Shown: positions 11,562 through 24,789, counted from the stretch's first letter. The stretch: 64,000 bases of DNA from Gnetum montanum (GCA_015680685.1 MNCI01000268.1:28424-92423), one strand, 5' to 3'. Notes: generated by a model not told the origin, from the letters alone. Made by a program: numbers and translations.

Positions 11562-14500
11562 TTAGATGTGATACCGCTTCAGATACATGTGGTTCACTGG
11601 GTTTGGGTGTTCGTTGTCATTGATGTCTGCTAGCCTGAATGCTCCGTTGCCATATGCGTTGACAACCAGGAAAGGGCCTTCCCAACTTGTAGAGAATTTT
11701 CCCACTGGTTTATGGACGGCTTTGAGAACCAAGTCTCCTTTCTTAATCGGTCGCTGATGCAAGTTGTGATGATGTTTCTGTTTCTTCCTATCTTGATACC
11801 TTTCAATGGTATCAAGCGTCTGGATGCATTTCTCCTCTACTGAGTCTAAATCCACAATTTTGGACTCATTGTGTTGAGTCTTATTTATAACTGTGGAGAG
11901 GACCATCCGCAATGAAGGAATCTGCAGTTCCAGGGGCAACACTGCTTCAGATCCGTAGACTAGGTTGTAGGGTGTCCTATCGGTAACTGTTCTGCATGTC
12001 ATACGATAGGCCTATAGCACATAAAAGATTTTTTCATGCCATCGTTTTTTGTTGCTGTTGAACATCTTCTTTAGTAGATTGATAACCACCTTGTTTGTTG
12101 CTTCTGCTTAACCATTTGCTTACGGGTAATAAGGTGAGGAAAAAGATTGCTTGATACCAAGGTTATTGCAAAAAGATTTGGTTTTGATGCTACTAAATTG
12201 TGGTCCGTTGTCGGTCACAATAGTCATGGGAAGCCCAAACCTAGTTACTATATTTTCCAAGATAAAATGGCAAACCTGTTGAGATGTAATCTTTTGTAGG
12301 GGAATAGTCTTGACCCACTTCGTGAAATACTCGGTGGCAGTGATGATGAAGCTATGTCCTGCGGAAGACTTAGGCGTGATGGAACCTATGATGTCTAGTC
12401 CCCATCGTTGAAATGGCCAAGTGATCTGTGTAGTATGCAATTCAATTGGTGACACGTGTATTAGATTTGCATAACATTGACATGTGTCACATGTCTTAAC
12501 CTTGTTGAGGCAGTTTCGTTCCATGTACGACCAGTAATACCCTAAGCGTTTGATTTTAGCGGCCATGGCTCATGGGGCTATATGTCCCCCACATAGTCCT
12601 TTATGGACTTCGCTAACTATTCGTTGCGCTTGGTCATTATTAATGCAAGTTAGCAATACTCCATCAAAAGAGCGTCTACAGAGAGTACTGTCTCCAATGA
12701 TGACATATTGCCGGGCACGCTTTTGGATTGCATCTTTCTGTGTAGGTGTTAGCTCATGTGGTGGTTCGCTATGCAGAAGGTAGGCTTTAATGTTATCATA
12801 CCATTTTGGCATTCCACCTGTGCTTAGAGAAGAAATTTGCGCCGCTTGAATGATAGTCTTTGTACATTCCATCATTAAAGCGGGCCAAGTGGCAAATAAA
12901 TGTGGTGGCACATTTAAGGCCAGTGTGGCTAGTGCGTCAGCTACAGCGTTTTCATTATGTGGCACATGTTGGACATCAGTTGTCATGAATTGTTTTAGAA
13001 GATCTTTAGCCATATTGCAATAGGGCTGTAAATGTACAGCTTTACAGGCGTAGACCCCTATGATTTGATTAATGACAAGCATCGAATCACCTCGGATTAC
13101 CAGGTGTTGAACGTTGAGTTCCCTGGCTGTTAACAATCCTCTGAGGAGTCCCTCATACTCTGCCATATTATTCGTACAAGGAAATGCCAGGCAGTAAGCC
13201 AATGGATGAACATCCTCAGGGGAGAATGTAATGACAACGGCAGCATTGCCACCTCTGGTAGTTGAAGCTCCATCGAAGTATAACGTCGCTTCGAGGCTTA
13301 TCGATACAGGGCTTAAACTACGTATCTGTTCATCAGAAAACTTGGGCTATATCGCGGCTTGATTGTTAACCGTTGATGTTGCAAGCTGGTCGGCTATCGC
13401 TTAGCCTTTCGTGGAATATTGGCTAACGTAGTGCAAGTCAAATTCTACTATGATGGCTTTCCAGCGGGCTATCCTACTACTTTCGTATAAATTATTTATG
13501 ATAGCCCGCAGAATGTTATTTTTACAGATTATATTAACCTGGCTATGGAAAAGATAGTGCCTACATTTCTTGAGTGAAAATACCAATGCTAAACAGTTAC
13601 GCTCTACTTCATTGTACTATGTTTCGTACGCAAATAGAGCGTGACTTAGGTAGTAGATAGAAACTTCTAACCCGTCGTCCCTTCTTTGGCACAACAACGT
13701 AGCTATAGACACCTCTGAGCTTGCCAGGTATATGTAGAAAGGCTGATCCCTTTGTGGCGGGAAAACTGTTGGCAAATGTAACAACTCTTTCTTCAGATTG
13801 TCAAATGCACGTTGGTAGTTCTCGGTCCATTCGAAGTTAACGCCCTTCTTGAGAAAATGTTGCATAGGGCGTAACTTGTCTATTAATCTTGAGATGAACT
13901 GCTTGATAAATTGTAGCCTACCCTGCAGCCCACGTAGTTCTTTGAGGTTTGTAGGTGGTGCTAGATTACGATTGCTTTAACCTTGTCGGGGTCGACTCGG
14001 ATGCTAGTCTTTGATACCACAAACCCCAACATGCGCCTGGTTTTGACTCTGAATACGCACTTTCTTGGGTTGAGCCGTAGGTCGTGTCTGAGACATCGTT
14101 TAAGGATTAACTCTAGATCTCCTGAGTGATCTTTTGACTTTTTAGATTTGACAGGTATGTCATCTACGTAGTCGTTCAATCTCTCTAAGAGGTAATCGCT
14201 AAAGATGTATGTCATAGCGTGTTGATAAGTTGCTTCGGCGTTTTTTAACCCGAAAGGCATCATGGTGTAACAGAAAGTTCCCCAAAGGGTCATGAAAGTC
14301 GTAGTCAGTTGATGTTCTGGGTTGATACGAATTTAATTATAACCCAAAAACCCATCCATAAAGGATAGTAACGCGTGGCTAGTTGTTGTATCGATAAGTT
14401 GGTCGATACTTGGTAATGGGAAGTTGTCTTTAATCGTGGCCTTGTTCAGATTGCGGAAGTCTATATAGATGCGTATTACTCCCGTTTTCTTAGAGACAAC

Positions 14501-15048
14501 TACGATGTTCAACACCCAGTCCAAATAATCGACTGTGCAAATGAAACCAGCCTGATATAGCTTAGTGATTTTATCACGCACTGCTAGTGCGATTTCAGGC
14601 TTAATCTTCCATGCTTTCTGTTTAACCGCTTTGATATGCGGGTCTAAAATTATGTTGTGTTGTATTAGCCTTGGATCTAAACCCGACATATTTTCGTATG
14701 ACCATGCGAACACTATAATGTTATTTTGAAGTACTCAAGATATATTGCTTTGCATTTGTTGGTCAAGGAGAGAACTAACTTTCAAAGTTTTGCTTTCTCC
14801 TTTGTGTGTAACCACAGGGACATCAGTGAGGGAATCCTCGGTCACATCCCCAGCTTTTAAGTCTAGGGTTTGGGCCAAATGTTCTGGCTAGTCTAGGGAT
14901 ACTTCTGATGTTACTATGGTTGTATCACAAAGGGAAGCGTCAGTTCCTATCAGTGCATGATTGAGCTATCTAATAATTTCCCTGTATGGGCCTGTTAAGG
15001 CTAGGGGTGTGAGTAAAGTTGCGTCCATTTGCGAATTGACCTGCAAAA
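11562..15048 (-). pseudogene. pol: Element A pol (RT, RNase H, additional archaeal-type RNase H, integrase), interrupted by stops
   Basis: RT: LSFMDGFLGYN, MPFGLKNA, YVDD. aRH: YFDGAS, CTNNMAEYEGL, GDSMLVINQ, NAVADALA. Integrase: HKGLCGGH, WGLDIIG, TDNGPQF, SWEGPF. Confidence 0.93.
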
Positions 15049-15619
15049 CTGCCAAAAAGGGAGGTTGTTACATTGTTTTTTGTCAACCTGTTGAAAAGAT
15101 AGAAGGCTTTCTTGTTTTAGTGGTACGTGTTAAAGAGCTGCCAGTTTAAGGTCCTAGCGGACCGTTACCATATGCGTGATTTGTGAGAAAGCAGTAAGCC
15201 TAATTTCCTAGATGTTAGCGTAAGGCTTCTGTGAACTATGGTGGGGAGTGTAACGTGGCACGTCTATGGTGTCGAGATAGCTAATTTAGAATTTTGTGCA
15301 GATCGTAGTTAATGCGACCAGATTACGAGACGATGAGCTGTGCGTTAGTTTAGGGTCTTTTCGGACTGTAATCTATACGATATCTATGAGATTAATGTTG
15401 CGATCTTCATGCTTCATGTCACATTGACATACCTGCATTTCGAGAAAATTTAGCATTGGTCGGGCACACAACAATTAGTTTCAACCAATTCATTTATAAG
15501 TCGATGATTCATCTTTAAAGTAGATTGGAGACATTGGAAATTTGAATTAGGCTATAGCAGAAGGAAAGTGGAAGTAAGGCGTAAGCAGACGATTTTGCGA
15601 AGGTTGTTCAGTCGTGACC

Positions 15620-18600
15620 ATGGCGCCGAAGATCAAAGGCAAACATGTCAAATTGGCGAAGATTGATGAAGTGTAGGAGAGTTTGCAGTGGGTTTCAAAG
15701 GCCAGGGTTGAAACGCGGGAGGCTAGTTCACTCGCTCGGTAAGTGGCTTTTTACCCTTCTAGATGATTATTATTTCCATTGTTATGGTATTGCAATTGTA
15801 CCTATTTCGAAGATGTGTATTATGGCGGGCGTTGATACTTGGTAACGCGGGCTAAGCTATCGTAGTTTGTGCTATTACCGCTATGGCTATTGTCGGAGAC
15901 AAACCTTGCGTAGTCGCAAGGGTTAGGGCGATCTTGGGCAATATTGTGCGAACAAAATGCATAACCGGAGAAGTCTAGGTACTATACCCTTATGTAGTAT
16001 GAATAGGATTCCTTCATCTCACCCATAAATATTGCATGTTACACTAGGGTAATACGTAGTATTACTTTTATCGTCGTTGTCAGGGACAGACTTTGTGCAA
16101 TCGTAAGGGTTTGGGTGATTTTCGTAATGCATTTCTAGCGTAACCTGTAATTTTCTGGGAGTCAAGGTAATGGAAACTCTAGTGCTGCGTAATGAAAATT
16201 TATTTTTTGTGTTGCTCTTACATCGTTAGTATGTCTATATTGATGTTTCTAATAGAAGTCTGTTTCATTGTAAAGGATTACGCTAAAGCCCATCCTGATC
16301 ATCTTGGACATTGTGGGCGTTCTGTGCTGTTTACATGTCCTCGTGGCCAATGTTCCTCCTTCTCATGCTCGTGTAAAGAAGGAGGTAGTTTGGTTTCGAA
16401 GAGGTGCATGAGAGTTTCTGCAGTTTTTGTTACATAATTATAGCGTAATTATTTGGTTGCATCTGTCGGCCGAGACAATCGCCGCCATTTTAGAGATGCT
16501 ACTGGTTGGATCGACACAGAGCATCTTGACGTTTCTGGTGGACGGCTCAATCGAAACCGTGCGGGTGCAAGACCGTGAACAGAGCACTAGGGGTTTGAGG
16601 CGTTTGTCCTGGATCTGGGATATGCCCAGGTTTAATTGTTATCATGCCTACAACACTTTGTTCGTAGCTCATCATCTTATGACCTACTTCCAGAATCCAC
16701 CTGGGATTGTGTATTATGCAGGCGGGTAAGTGTTTTCACGGTGTCATAATATGCTAACCATTTGTCTAAATTTGTGACCAGTGTAAACAATTGTCTACAT
16801 TCTGTGATGTAGGTTTTTCATTAATAAGGATGGTCTCTAGGGTGATACAGATACGTTGTCTATGGCCGAAATGGCCATACAGGAGTTCACCTCTATTGGC
16901 AAGGTACGTGTTGGTGTTATGGGACAAATAGAATTGGAAATCCCACATTACCCTAACTGCTATGTCGAATTTTTCACCAAGTGCAAAAGGCTTGGATGGC
17001 TGGATAAGGAGTGGACTTTGGATCGTCCTCTCACTGTCGCAGACGTGCAGGAGAAAATCCCACCATTTCCTTCACCTTTCAAACACGGTAAATTATGCTA
17101 CGGTGGTTCATTGTACAATCTTACGGGATGGAAACAATGTGAAAAATCATTTTATTTTACTATATTGTCTAAACCCTTGTTTTATGTTTACAGTTAAGGA
17201 ATCACGGGAGATCATGGTTATGGCTTCTGGGTGTGAAACAAGCAATCTTTTGTTTTGTTATGGCGACATAAAAGAAACACAGCATTGGCTCAACCATAGT
17301 GCGGCCCCAATTGTACTAACTAATAACCTCCGAGAAGCTGGACTAATGAAGCTATTTTTGCTTGTAACCCCCAACGTCACCGCAGGTGAAATGTTGATCC
17401 TAGTTAACTCTTTTAGCGAAGAAGTCGAGCATCTTTGCATACACATGCGTAACGTATGTGTAAGTTTTGATATTGACGCTCGACTGTTCGCTGACTTTTT
17501 TGGCATTCCCTCTGATGGCCTTCCGGTAAAAGAAAAGTCAAAAAGGAGTTCTAAGCACCAGAAGGAGATAGAGGAGTGGCTAGGGGTTAACAAGGAAGTG
17601 AAAGAAATCCCTGCTGATAAAATCAAGCTGGAGGTGGCTCATACCATTTATCCCCTCTTCCGAGCTTGCGCCTTCCCCAAGTTGCTCTCCCAGGGGAGAA
17701 TCCTTACCATAGAGTAGGCTCGGATCATGCTGGAGGTTAGGGAGGAGGGAACGTGGTATAATTGGGCTAGCTATTTCGTTGAAGGCCTGTAGGCTGAAAT
17801 GGTCAAGCTTCGCAAGAAGCTTGAGTCCCACTTCAACTTGGATTTCACCTTCTTTATAGCTTGCTTTTGACATTTTGCTGAATTCCTGGTGGTTTAGAGG
17901 GATGGAATCTGGGTGCAGCAGGATTGTAACCAGATTTCCAAACCTTGGATTTCTTAGGTTTTCAGCACTACCCGGTCGCAAGATCCCCCCGAAGGCATTG
18001 GGGATTCACTTTCACTTATGACTAAGAGATTGGTGATGCCTTGTACGCGGGGCCAAGACAGCGTGGGTGGAGCGCTCCCTTCTTACACCGGTAGTGTGTC
18101 GAGGGGGAAACTCCTTGCAGTAGGAATAGTGGATTCATCAATCTAACGGAAAAACCATCTTCCGGCCATGGAGTCCGCTGGTCCGACTGATGTAGAGAGA
18201 AAGAGGTTGCAAATTAAGTTTCACAGGAACGATCCCCCAACTAGTAAGTAAAGAGATGCGTAATTAGTTTATATATTTGTTACGTTGTGTATAGGCGTGG
18301 CGTCGCTTAGTGTTTGTAAGTGTCTCAATTAACTATTTTTTAGCAGACAAAGGGAAGAATGTAGAGGAGTTAACCCCCAAAATAGGGGTAATAGTTATAC
18401 GACGTGAAGGAGGGGCCCCAATTTTGGAAAAGGAGGCCCTTGTTAGTAATGCAAGTGGCACACAGGTTCCTATGCACGAAGAAGAGATGAAGGTAAGGGA
18501 CGTCGAAGTCCTTTCGAATGAGGTGGAAAAAGGGAAGCAGTTTGTCGTTGGTGAGTTTGACTTTTTCTTAGAGGGCAGCCTCATGTTACTACCATTCAGG

Positions 18601-20104
18601 GTTTTGTTGGGTTGATTTTTGCATTATCGTAATGTCTCAATTTTCCTTTGTGTCTATCACACTATGTCTAACCCGTTTTTGTTTGCGTAATAGGTACTTC
18701 TGATGCTGGCGTCGTGCCCTTGTCAGCGGCACCCACTCAGCATTGGGGTGGGGCCCCTGATAAATTTGCCTTTATGGAAGGCATTACGAAGGATATGATC
18801 AGCCGCCTAGAGCGAATCGATCCTAAGATTGGTACGTGAGTGATTGTTGGTATTACGAAGTTATATCATCTTTGTTGCATCTCACTATTATTTTTATGTT
18901 ATAGGATCTCGCCTCAGATGGGATCCCAAAGAGACCATTGACTTGGACACCGGCCCTGAACCCTCACCGGAGTTGATCGAAGTGCCATGTAGCCTTTACG
19001 ACAAAATGCGTAAATGTGCGTTACACTCGACTCGCTCTTTATGGGAGTGCCAGAACATCAACGAAGCTCTTTGGAAGAGGTTGCAGAAAGCAGAAAAGGA
19101 GAAGACATTCGTAACCGATAGGGTTGAGGACCTAGAGTCCTAAAATGAATTTTTGCTAGCTCGAGATACTAATGATGAGAATTGGCGAATAATTGTAATT
19201 GACTACACCCACTATTGGACGGTCTTCAGAAACAATGTCCAAGCCAGTCATGAACTTATTGAGCAACGGATGCAAATGAATCTCCTAGCCCAGAAGAACT
19301 AAGACTGGAAGGATTACAATGCAATGGTCCAAGAATGGGGGCAGACACAGAAAGATCATAAGCACGTGTATAAGTGAGAATGTGCTGCCTACTACCAACA
19401 TCACAGGAATTCTGCTATTGAAGCACGGTCCCTTTGACTATTTCTTGATGTCATCGGTGCTTCTGGAGTATACGAAAAGTTTCAGGAGCAAGTGATAGTA
19501 AGTGCCTCCCCAGAGAGGGAAATAACCCTCCCTGGCAGGGAGACCACTGTCCCTTCCTTCTTCCCTGAACCACCCAAATGGACTCCTGTGGAGAAGGGGA
19601 AGGTTAAAGCTGGAATTGATCTAGGAGATTACATTTGATCTGAGCTTACCGAGGACGAGATCATGCAACGCCTATGGGTTGGTTTGGAACAAATTCCTTT
19701 CGCGGCTGACGTGGGATCATCACAGGTAAGTTGTAGGACTATTGCATTTTTGTTATGCGTAGTCTCGATGGCAATGCTAACGTGTGCATCATGTTAAACC
19801 GTAGGATCGGAATGAGGAGGATCCTCATGAGGATGAGTGTAATGGAAATGATGGTTCGCGCGAAGAGGGTCTTAATGAGGAGTGTAATTTAGATGATGGT
19901 CCTCGCGAAGAAGGTCTTTACGAGGAGGAGCGTAATGAAGATGATCAAACTCGCGGCGAGTAGTCCCATGAGGAAGAGCCTTGCAGAGAGGATTGCCCTC
20001 ATGAAGAGACCCCACAAGAAGAAGGTCCCTACGAGGATGATTTTCTTGAGGCAGAGGTGGAGTTGGATGACATAGGTGGAAGTATTAGTAAAGGTGACGT
20101 GTAA
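15620..20104 (+). pseudogene. Element A antisense multi-exon accessory gene (NIF/FCP1-like + PMD-like + coiled coil + acidic tail); predicted exons 15620-15738, 16276-16725, 16813-17087, 17194-18243, 18347-18550, 18694-18831, 18905-19725, 19805-20104
   Basis: Starts MAPKIKGK and has GT-AG introns with compatible phases. Peptide homology to the element B copy runs throughout, e.g. YPLFRACAFPK/YPLFRARVFPK, YNWA/YNWA, AEFLVV/AEFLVV, LRWDPKET/LRWDPSET. Several in-frame stops are present. Confidence 0.8.
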
Positions 20105-20224
20105 CGTGGCTATATTGGTCAACATTTTATTATATTGGAATGGAGTAAAAGACAACGTGTTTTTGCCCATGTAGGCTAGAGTAAATATCTTATCTTTCAT
20201 GAAGTGGAACATATCGTTTTTTGG

Positions 20225-21056
20225 NNNNNNNNNNNNNNNNNNNNNNNNNNNNNNNNNNNNNNNNNNNNNNNNNNNNNNNNNNNNNNNNNNNNNNNNNNNN
20301 NNNNNNNNNNNNNNNNNNNNNNNNNNNNNNNNNNNNNNNNNNNNNNNNNNNNNNNNNNNNNNNNNNNNNNNNNNNNNNNNNNNNNNNNNNNNNNNNNNNN
20401 NNNNNNNNNNNNNNNNNNNNNNNNNNNNNNNNNNNNNNNNNNNNNNNNNNNNNNNNNNNNNNNNNNNNNNNNNNNNNNNNNNNNNNNNNNNNNNNNNNNN
20501 NNNNNNNNNNNNNNNNNNNNNNNNNNNNNNNNNNNNNNNNNNNNNNNNNNNNNNNNNNNNNNNNNNNNNNNNNNNNNNNNNNNNNNNNNNNNNNNNNNNN
20601 NNNNNNNNNNNNNNNNNNNNNNNNNNNNNNNNNNNNNNNNNNNNNNNNNNNNNNNNNNNNNNNNNNNNNNNNNNNNNNNNNNNNNNNNNNNNNNNNNNNN
20701 NNNNNNNNNNNNNNNNNNNNNNNNNNNNNNNNNNNNNNNNNNNNNNNNNNNNNNNNNNNNNNNNNNNNNNNNNNNNNNNNNNNNNNNNNNNNNNNNNNNN
20801 NNNNNNNNNNNNNNNNNNNNNNNNNNNNNNNNNNNNNNNNNNNNNNNNNNNNNNNNNNNNNNNNNNNNNNNNNNNNNNNNNNNNNNNNNNNNNNNNNNNN
20901 NNNNNNNNNNNNNNNNNNNNNNNNNNNNNNNNNNNNNNNNNNNNNNNNNNNNNNNNNNNNNNNNNNNNNNNNNNNNNNNNNNNNNNNNNNNNNNNNNNNN
21001 NNNNNNNNNNNNNNNNNNNNNNNNNNNNNNNNNNNNNNNNNNNNNNNNNNNNNNNN
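20225..21056. other. Assembly gap (N run) inside element A
   Basis: Run of N. ORFs crossing it are artefacts. Confidence 0.99.
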
Positions 21057-24000
21057 AGGGCAAATGTATTTCTTGGTGAATGGGTGATGAGACGGCCCTT
21101 AATTAAGCTAACCAAGACCTCCCTAAGATTAGGTTGAAGCCAGGCATCTCCTCGATGATGATGAACACTGCGTTTGTGGGGAATTGATCCCCTGCTACAA
21201 AGTTGATGTGTACCATTCCCTTAACTTGCACTCTTGCCCTGTTAAATGACTTCAAACACGACGTTGTCATGGGATTGATCTGGTCGAGCAAACCCAGTTT
21301 GTCCACTATAGGGAATGGAATGACATTAGAAGCGGCCCTGTCATCCACCTGTACTCTCCAGATTCTGTACTGGCTGACCCGGATAGTGATGAACATGGAC
21401 ATTGTTGTCACTTGACATTTTTCTGGGTCATCCTTAATGGATTCGTCATGAAATGTCAGTTGGGAGGATCGTATTTGTTTAGCAATGTGAGAAAGCATAA
21501 TCGAATGGATTGCTTCTTCATCTGCTGGCAAGTTTTCATCCACCAGTTCGGATGTTAGCATGCGAACCATGGCTTCGTGATGCTTTTGGGATGTCATCAA
21601 CAAGTCGTACAGGCTCATTATTATATTTTTCTATTTGAGAGCCTGCTTGACTTGTGTAAAAGCATCAAGGAGATCATGTCCACGATCTGGTTGCTTGTTA
21701 CCCTTCTCTTCTTCCATTCATCATAGGAGATGGATCTCTCGGGGCGAAATAGTTTCTGGTCGAGGATTGTATTTTCTTGGGTAGGGAGAAGGTGGCTATG
21801 TTTGCGTAATGTTGCCTTTTTTAGAAGAAGGTGGATCCAAGGACGCCTAGGTGAGGGGTGTAGGGCTAGAGAATCCTAGCGTAAGGCGGTCCTTGGCTGC
21901 GTCAGCTATCATGCGCCCTTCTCCTTTCCTATTAGGTTTTGATTGGGGCGTTGACTTAGATGGTTGCCCCTACGTAACAGGAACAACTGATGGCTTTGGC
22001 ACCCTGATGACAAAGGGTGCCTTAGGTGTGGACGTGGGCTGGGCCGTGGCTTTACCAATAGTAGGCTGTGGGACGACGGTAGGAGACGGGACTCGGAGGG
22101 CAAAAGGTTGTCGCTGAACCACACCTGTTGATGTTGATGGGCTTGTCGTTTGAGATGAGTGAGGAGGTACATGCAGGACAAAGGGCTACTTTAGCTATCC
22201 CTGACCATTGCCTTCCGTACCTACCACATTGATAGTGTACCCTACGTTATTAGCATTTAACTGGTCTTGGTACACATGCATGGACTGGTTTTCGGGACGG
22301 ACTGGACTATTGCTATCTAGGATCAATTTACCTTAATCGATCATGCGTTGAATGTCATCTTTCAACGCCTAGCAGTAATCCGTGTCGTGACCACACAGCT
22401 GGTGATAGTTATAGAAGCGGTCCAGCCTAAAGTTTTTGGGAACTGGTGGTTCGTTAGGCATGGCCAAGGAGGGGTTCTTAAGCAACTCACAGTGCCGTCT
22501 GTGGCATTTCAGACCCTCCTCAGATACCTTCTTATGTTGGATGTGCCCAGTTCCTAGTAGTTGCTTTAGAAATTTTGAAGGCTTTATAGGTAGAGCCGTG
22601 TATTTTGAATGGTCTTTATGCTCAAAATTAGGCTTTGGCTATGGAGGTGCTTCAGGGGCGGAAGGAGTTTGTTGGTCGACACTGTTTGAGCTAGTTGTGG
22701 GCTCAGCAGGCTCCGTGGATACTTTTTTGTTGTTGTTTTTCCTCTTGGCCCCCTTGGCAATCGCTGCTACTATCGTTGGCGTAGCTTTGCCTTTGTCCTT
22801 ACCCTTGCTGTGGGAATTTTTGTAGACCACATACGCTGGATCTTTGCTAGCCTCAGTTGCATCTTGGATGCTCTTAGTCTACGCGAAGGCTTGGTTGAGG
22901 GAGTGGGGAGCGAGGTAATATAACTTAGACTTGATAAAGTCGTTAACTACCTCCTTGAAAATTGCCAACAGATGGGCCTCCGCGATGGGTTCACGGATTT
23001 TGTTCAAGGTGGCGCTCCACCACTGTATAAACTTTTGAATCGACTTGAGTGGGTCTTGCTTAACTCCCATGAGCTGGTCCAGCGTGACTTCTGGTTTTAG
23101 GTTGTACTTGAAACGAGTCACGAACTGAGTTAACAGCTCCTCCAAAGTTGAGATGAAAGCACGTGGGAGTGCTCGATACCAGTCTAAAGCTTTACTCGTC
23201 AGGGACATAGCAAAGACACGGATGATAGTATGTGGCCATTGTTTCAATAAGAACGACTTTGACTTGAAAGTAACTAAATGGGCATTGGGATCGCCTTCCT
23301 CATTGGATTTTGTAAAATGGGGGAGTGGCATCCTATGAGGTAACGATAAGACAGGCACTATTGGACTAATAGGATCATCATAGTAAAAATTCATGACTTG
23401 TATTGTGTTAGAACCAGTAGCCTTAAGGCGCTTAACTTCCTCTGTAAGGGTCTGAATAAGCTGGAAGGCTTGATCCAGACCCGTAGACGAAAAGGTCATT
23501 TGTGGAATGGCAGGAGGAGCCACGCTGGGTGGCGGAATAGGGGCAACAACTTGGCCGATGGGCGATGCTATCAGAATTGTCCCTACAGGCAGTGCCACTT
23601 GTGGCATCCACCACCCAGTAGGTGACGCGGATGGAGCGATTGCCGTTGGGTGTGCCATTGGACACATTGTTTGCGTGGCTGGGGGCATAGGCAATGATCC
23701 TGTAGCAGGGTTTAGTGCCTGTGGAACCTGGTTTTGATGATGGGGGAGATGGGACATCTACGTAGGATGCGTAATGAGGGACATGTTTGGAACCCACCAT
23801 GCTATAGTGGCAGGTCCTATCGTGTGAGTCAGGATGAATGTAGGCGCTGTATGTAATTGCGAAGTAGGTATCACATGTACATACGGTGACATGGGCGTAG
23901 GTGCATGATGAGATGGATTAGCTAACTGCACCTGTTAAGGAATGATTTGTGATGGGACACCACCCGGGAGGGTAGTCGAAGAGAGAAAATGTAACTGGGG

Positions 24001-24339
24001 CGAGTGCGGGACTCGGTTAGTATGAGATAATGTCAAGGGCGTGGTGACCATGAAAAATGGATTTACGCGAGATGTCATGGAGGGAGGGGCCATAGCAAAA
24101 TCAGCATGATTGCCTCCCTCAGAATGGGAATCTAGATCGTCCTGCCCATCGTGAAGCGTTTCATCATGGAACAACTCCTCTCGTTGTTCTATCGATGTCC
24201 TAGCCATCAGCATTTGATCTAGGATCCATTGTTGTTGATTTGTGAGGGGTACAGTGGCATTTGGCGAAGGAATAAATTCCTTCCCATTGTAGTATAAGAA
24301 CTCATATTCTCGTTTCTTTTCGAGTTCTTGTGGATACAT
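21057..24339 (-). pseudogene. gag: Element A gag-protease, degenerate
   Basis: Gag: GDPNAHL..F, ALDWYRALP, QFVTRFKYN and a YH..GH..DYC knuckle-like motif. Protease: RVQVDDRAASNV and FNLILGRSWL. Confidence 0.9.
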
Positions 24340-24765
24340 AGGCAGATTTACCGCAAGTTTAGCATAGAGGAAATTGTAATGTTCCCTGCACTGAGCATGT
24401 CTCTTAGGCTCCTTGTTTTGGAGCCTGAGGGATCAACGTGGTTGCACCGGACTGTCGACCACAGGAGGTGTAACTTGCAGAGTCCAAGGATTCTCGAAGT
24501 TACCAGTGTCAACAACAGTGGTTGATGTAGCTATTCTCTATGTGGTTCGAGAGTAATGACGAAAAGGATAAAGATCACAAGGGCAAAGGCAAAGTAAGGT
24601 GAAAATTAGGCTTTCTACCCTGTAGGATTCCAAAGGAATCCTCAAAGCAACCGATCTACACCACACAATTTTGTAAACAACCATGGAGGTATTACGTTTA
24701 CGTTGATCGATAATGGGTACAGATAGCTTACAGGACTACCAGTAAAATGTGGATCAGAGGTTCAG

Positions 24766-24783
24766 GCCCTCCTTCTAGCGACA
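24766..24783 (-). other. Element A primer binding site (tRNA-Asn-like)
   Basis: Minus strand TGTCGCTAGAAGGAGGGC lies just inside the 5' LTR. It is complementary to the plant tRNA-Asn(GUU) 3' end CCCUCCUUCUAGCGCCA (tRNA sequence recalled, not searched). Confidence 0.75.
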
Positions 24784-24789
24784 GAAAAC

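Noticed and set aside
19889-21137. Long ORFs spanning the first N run (also 59142-60227)
   Set aside because: These are artefacts of translating assembly gaps.
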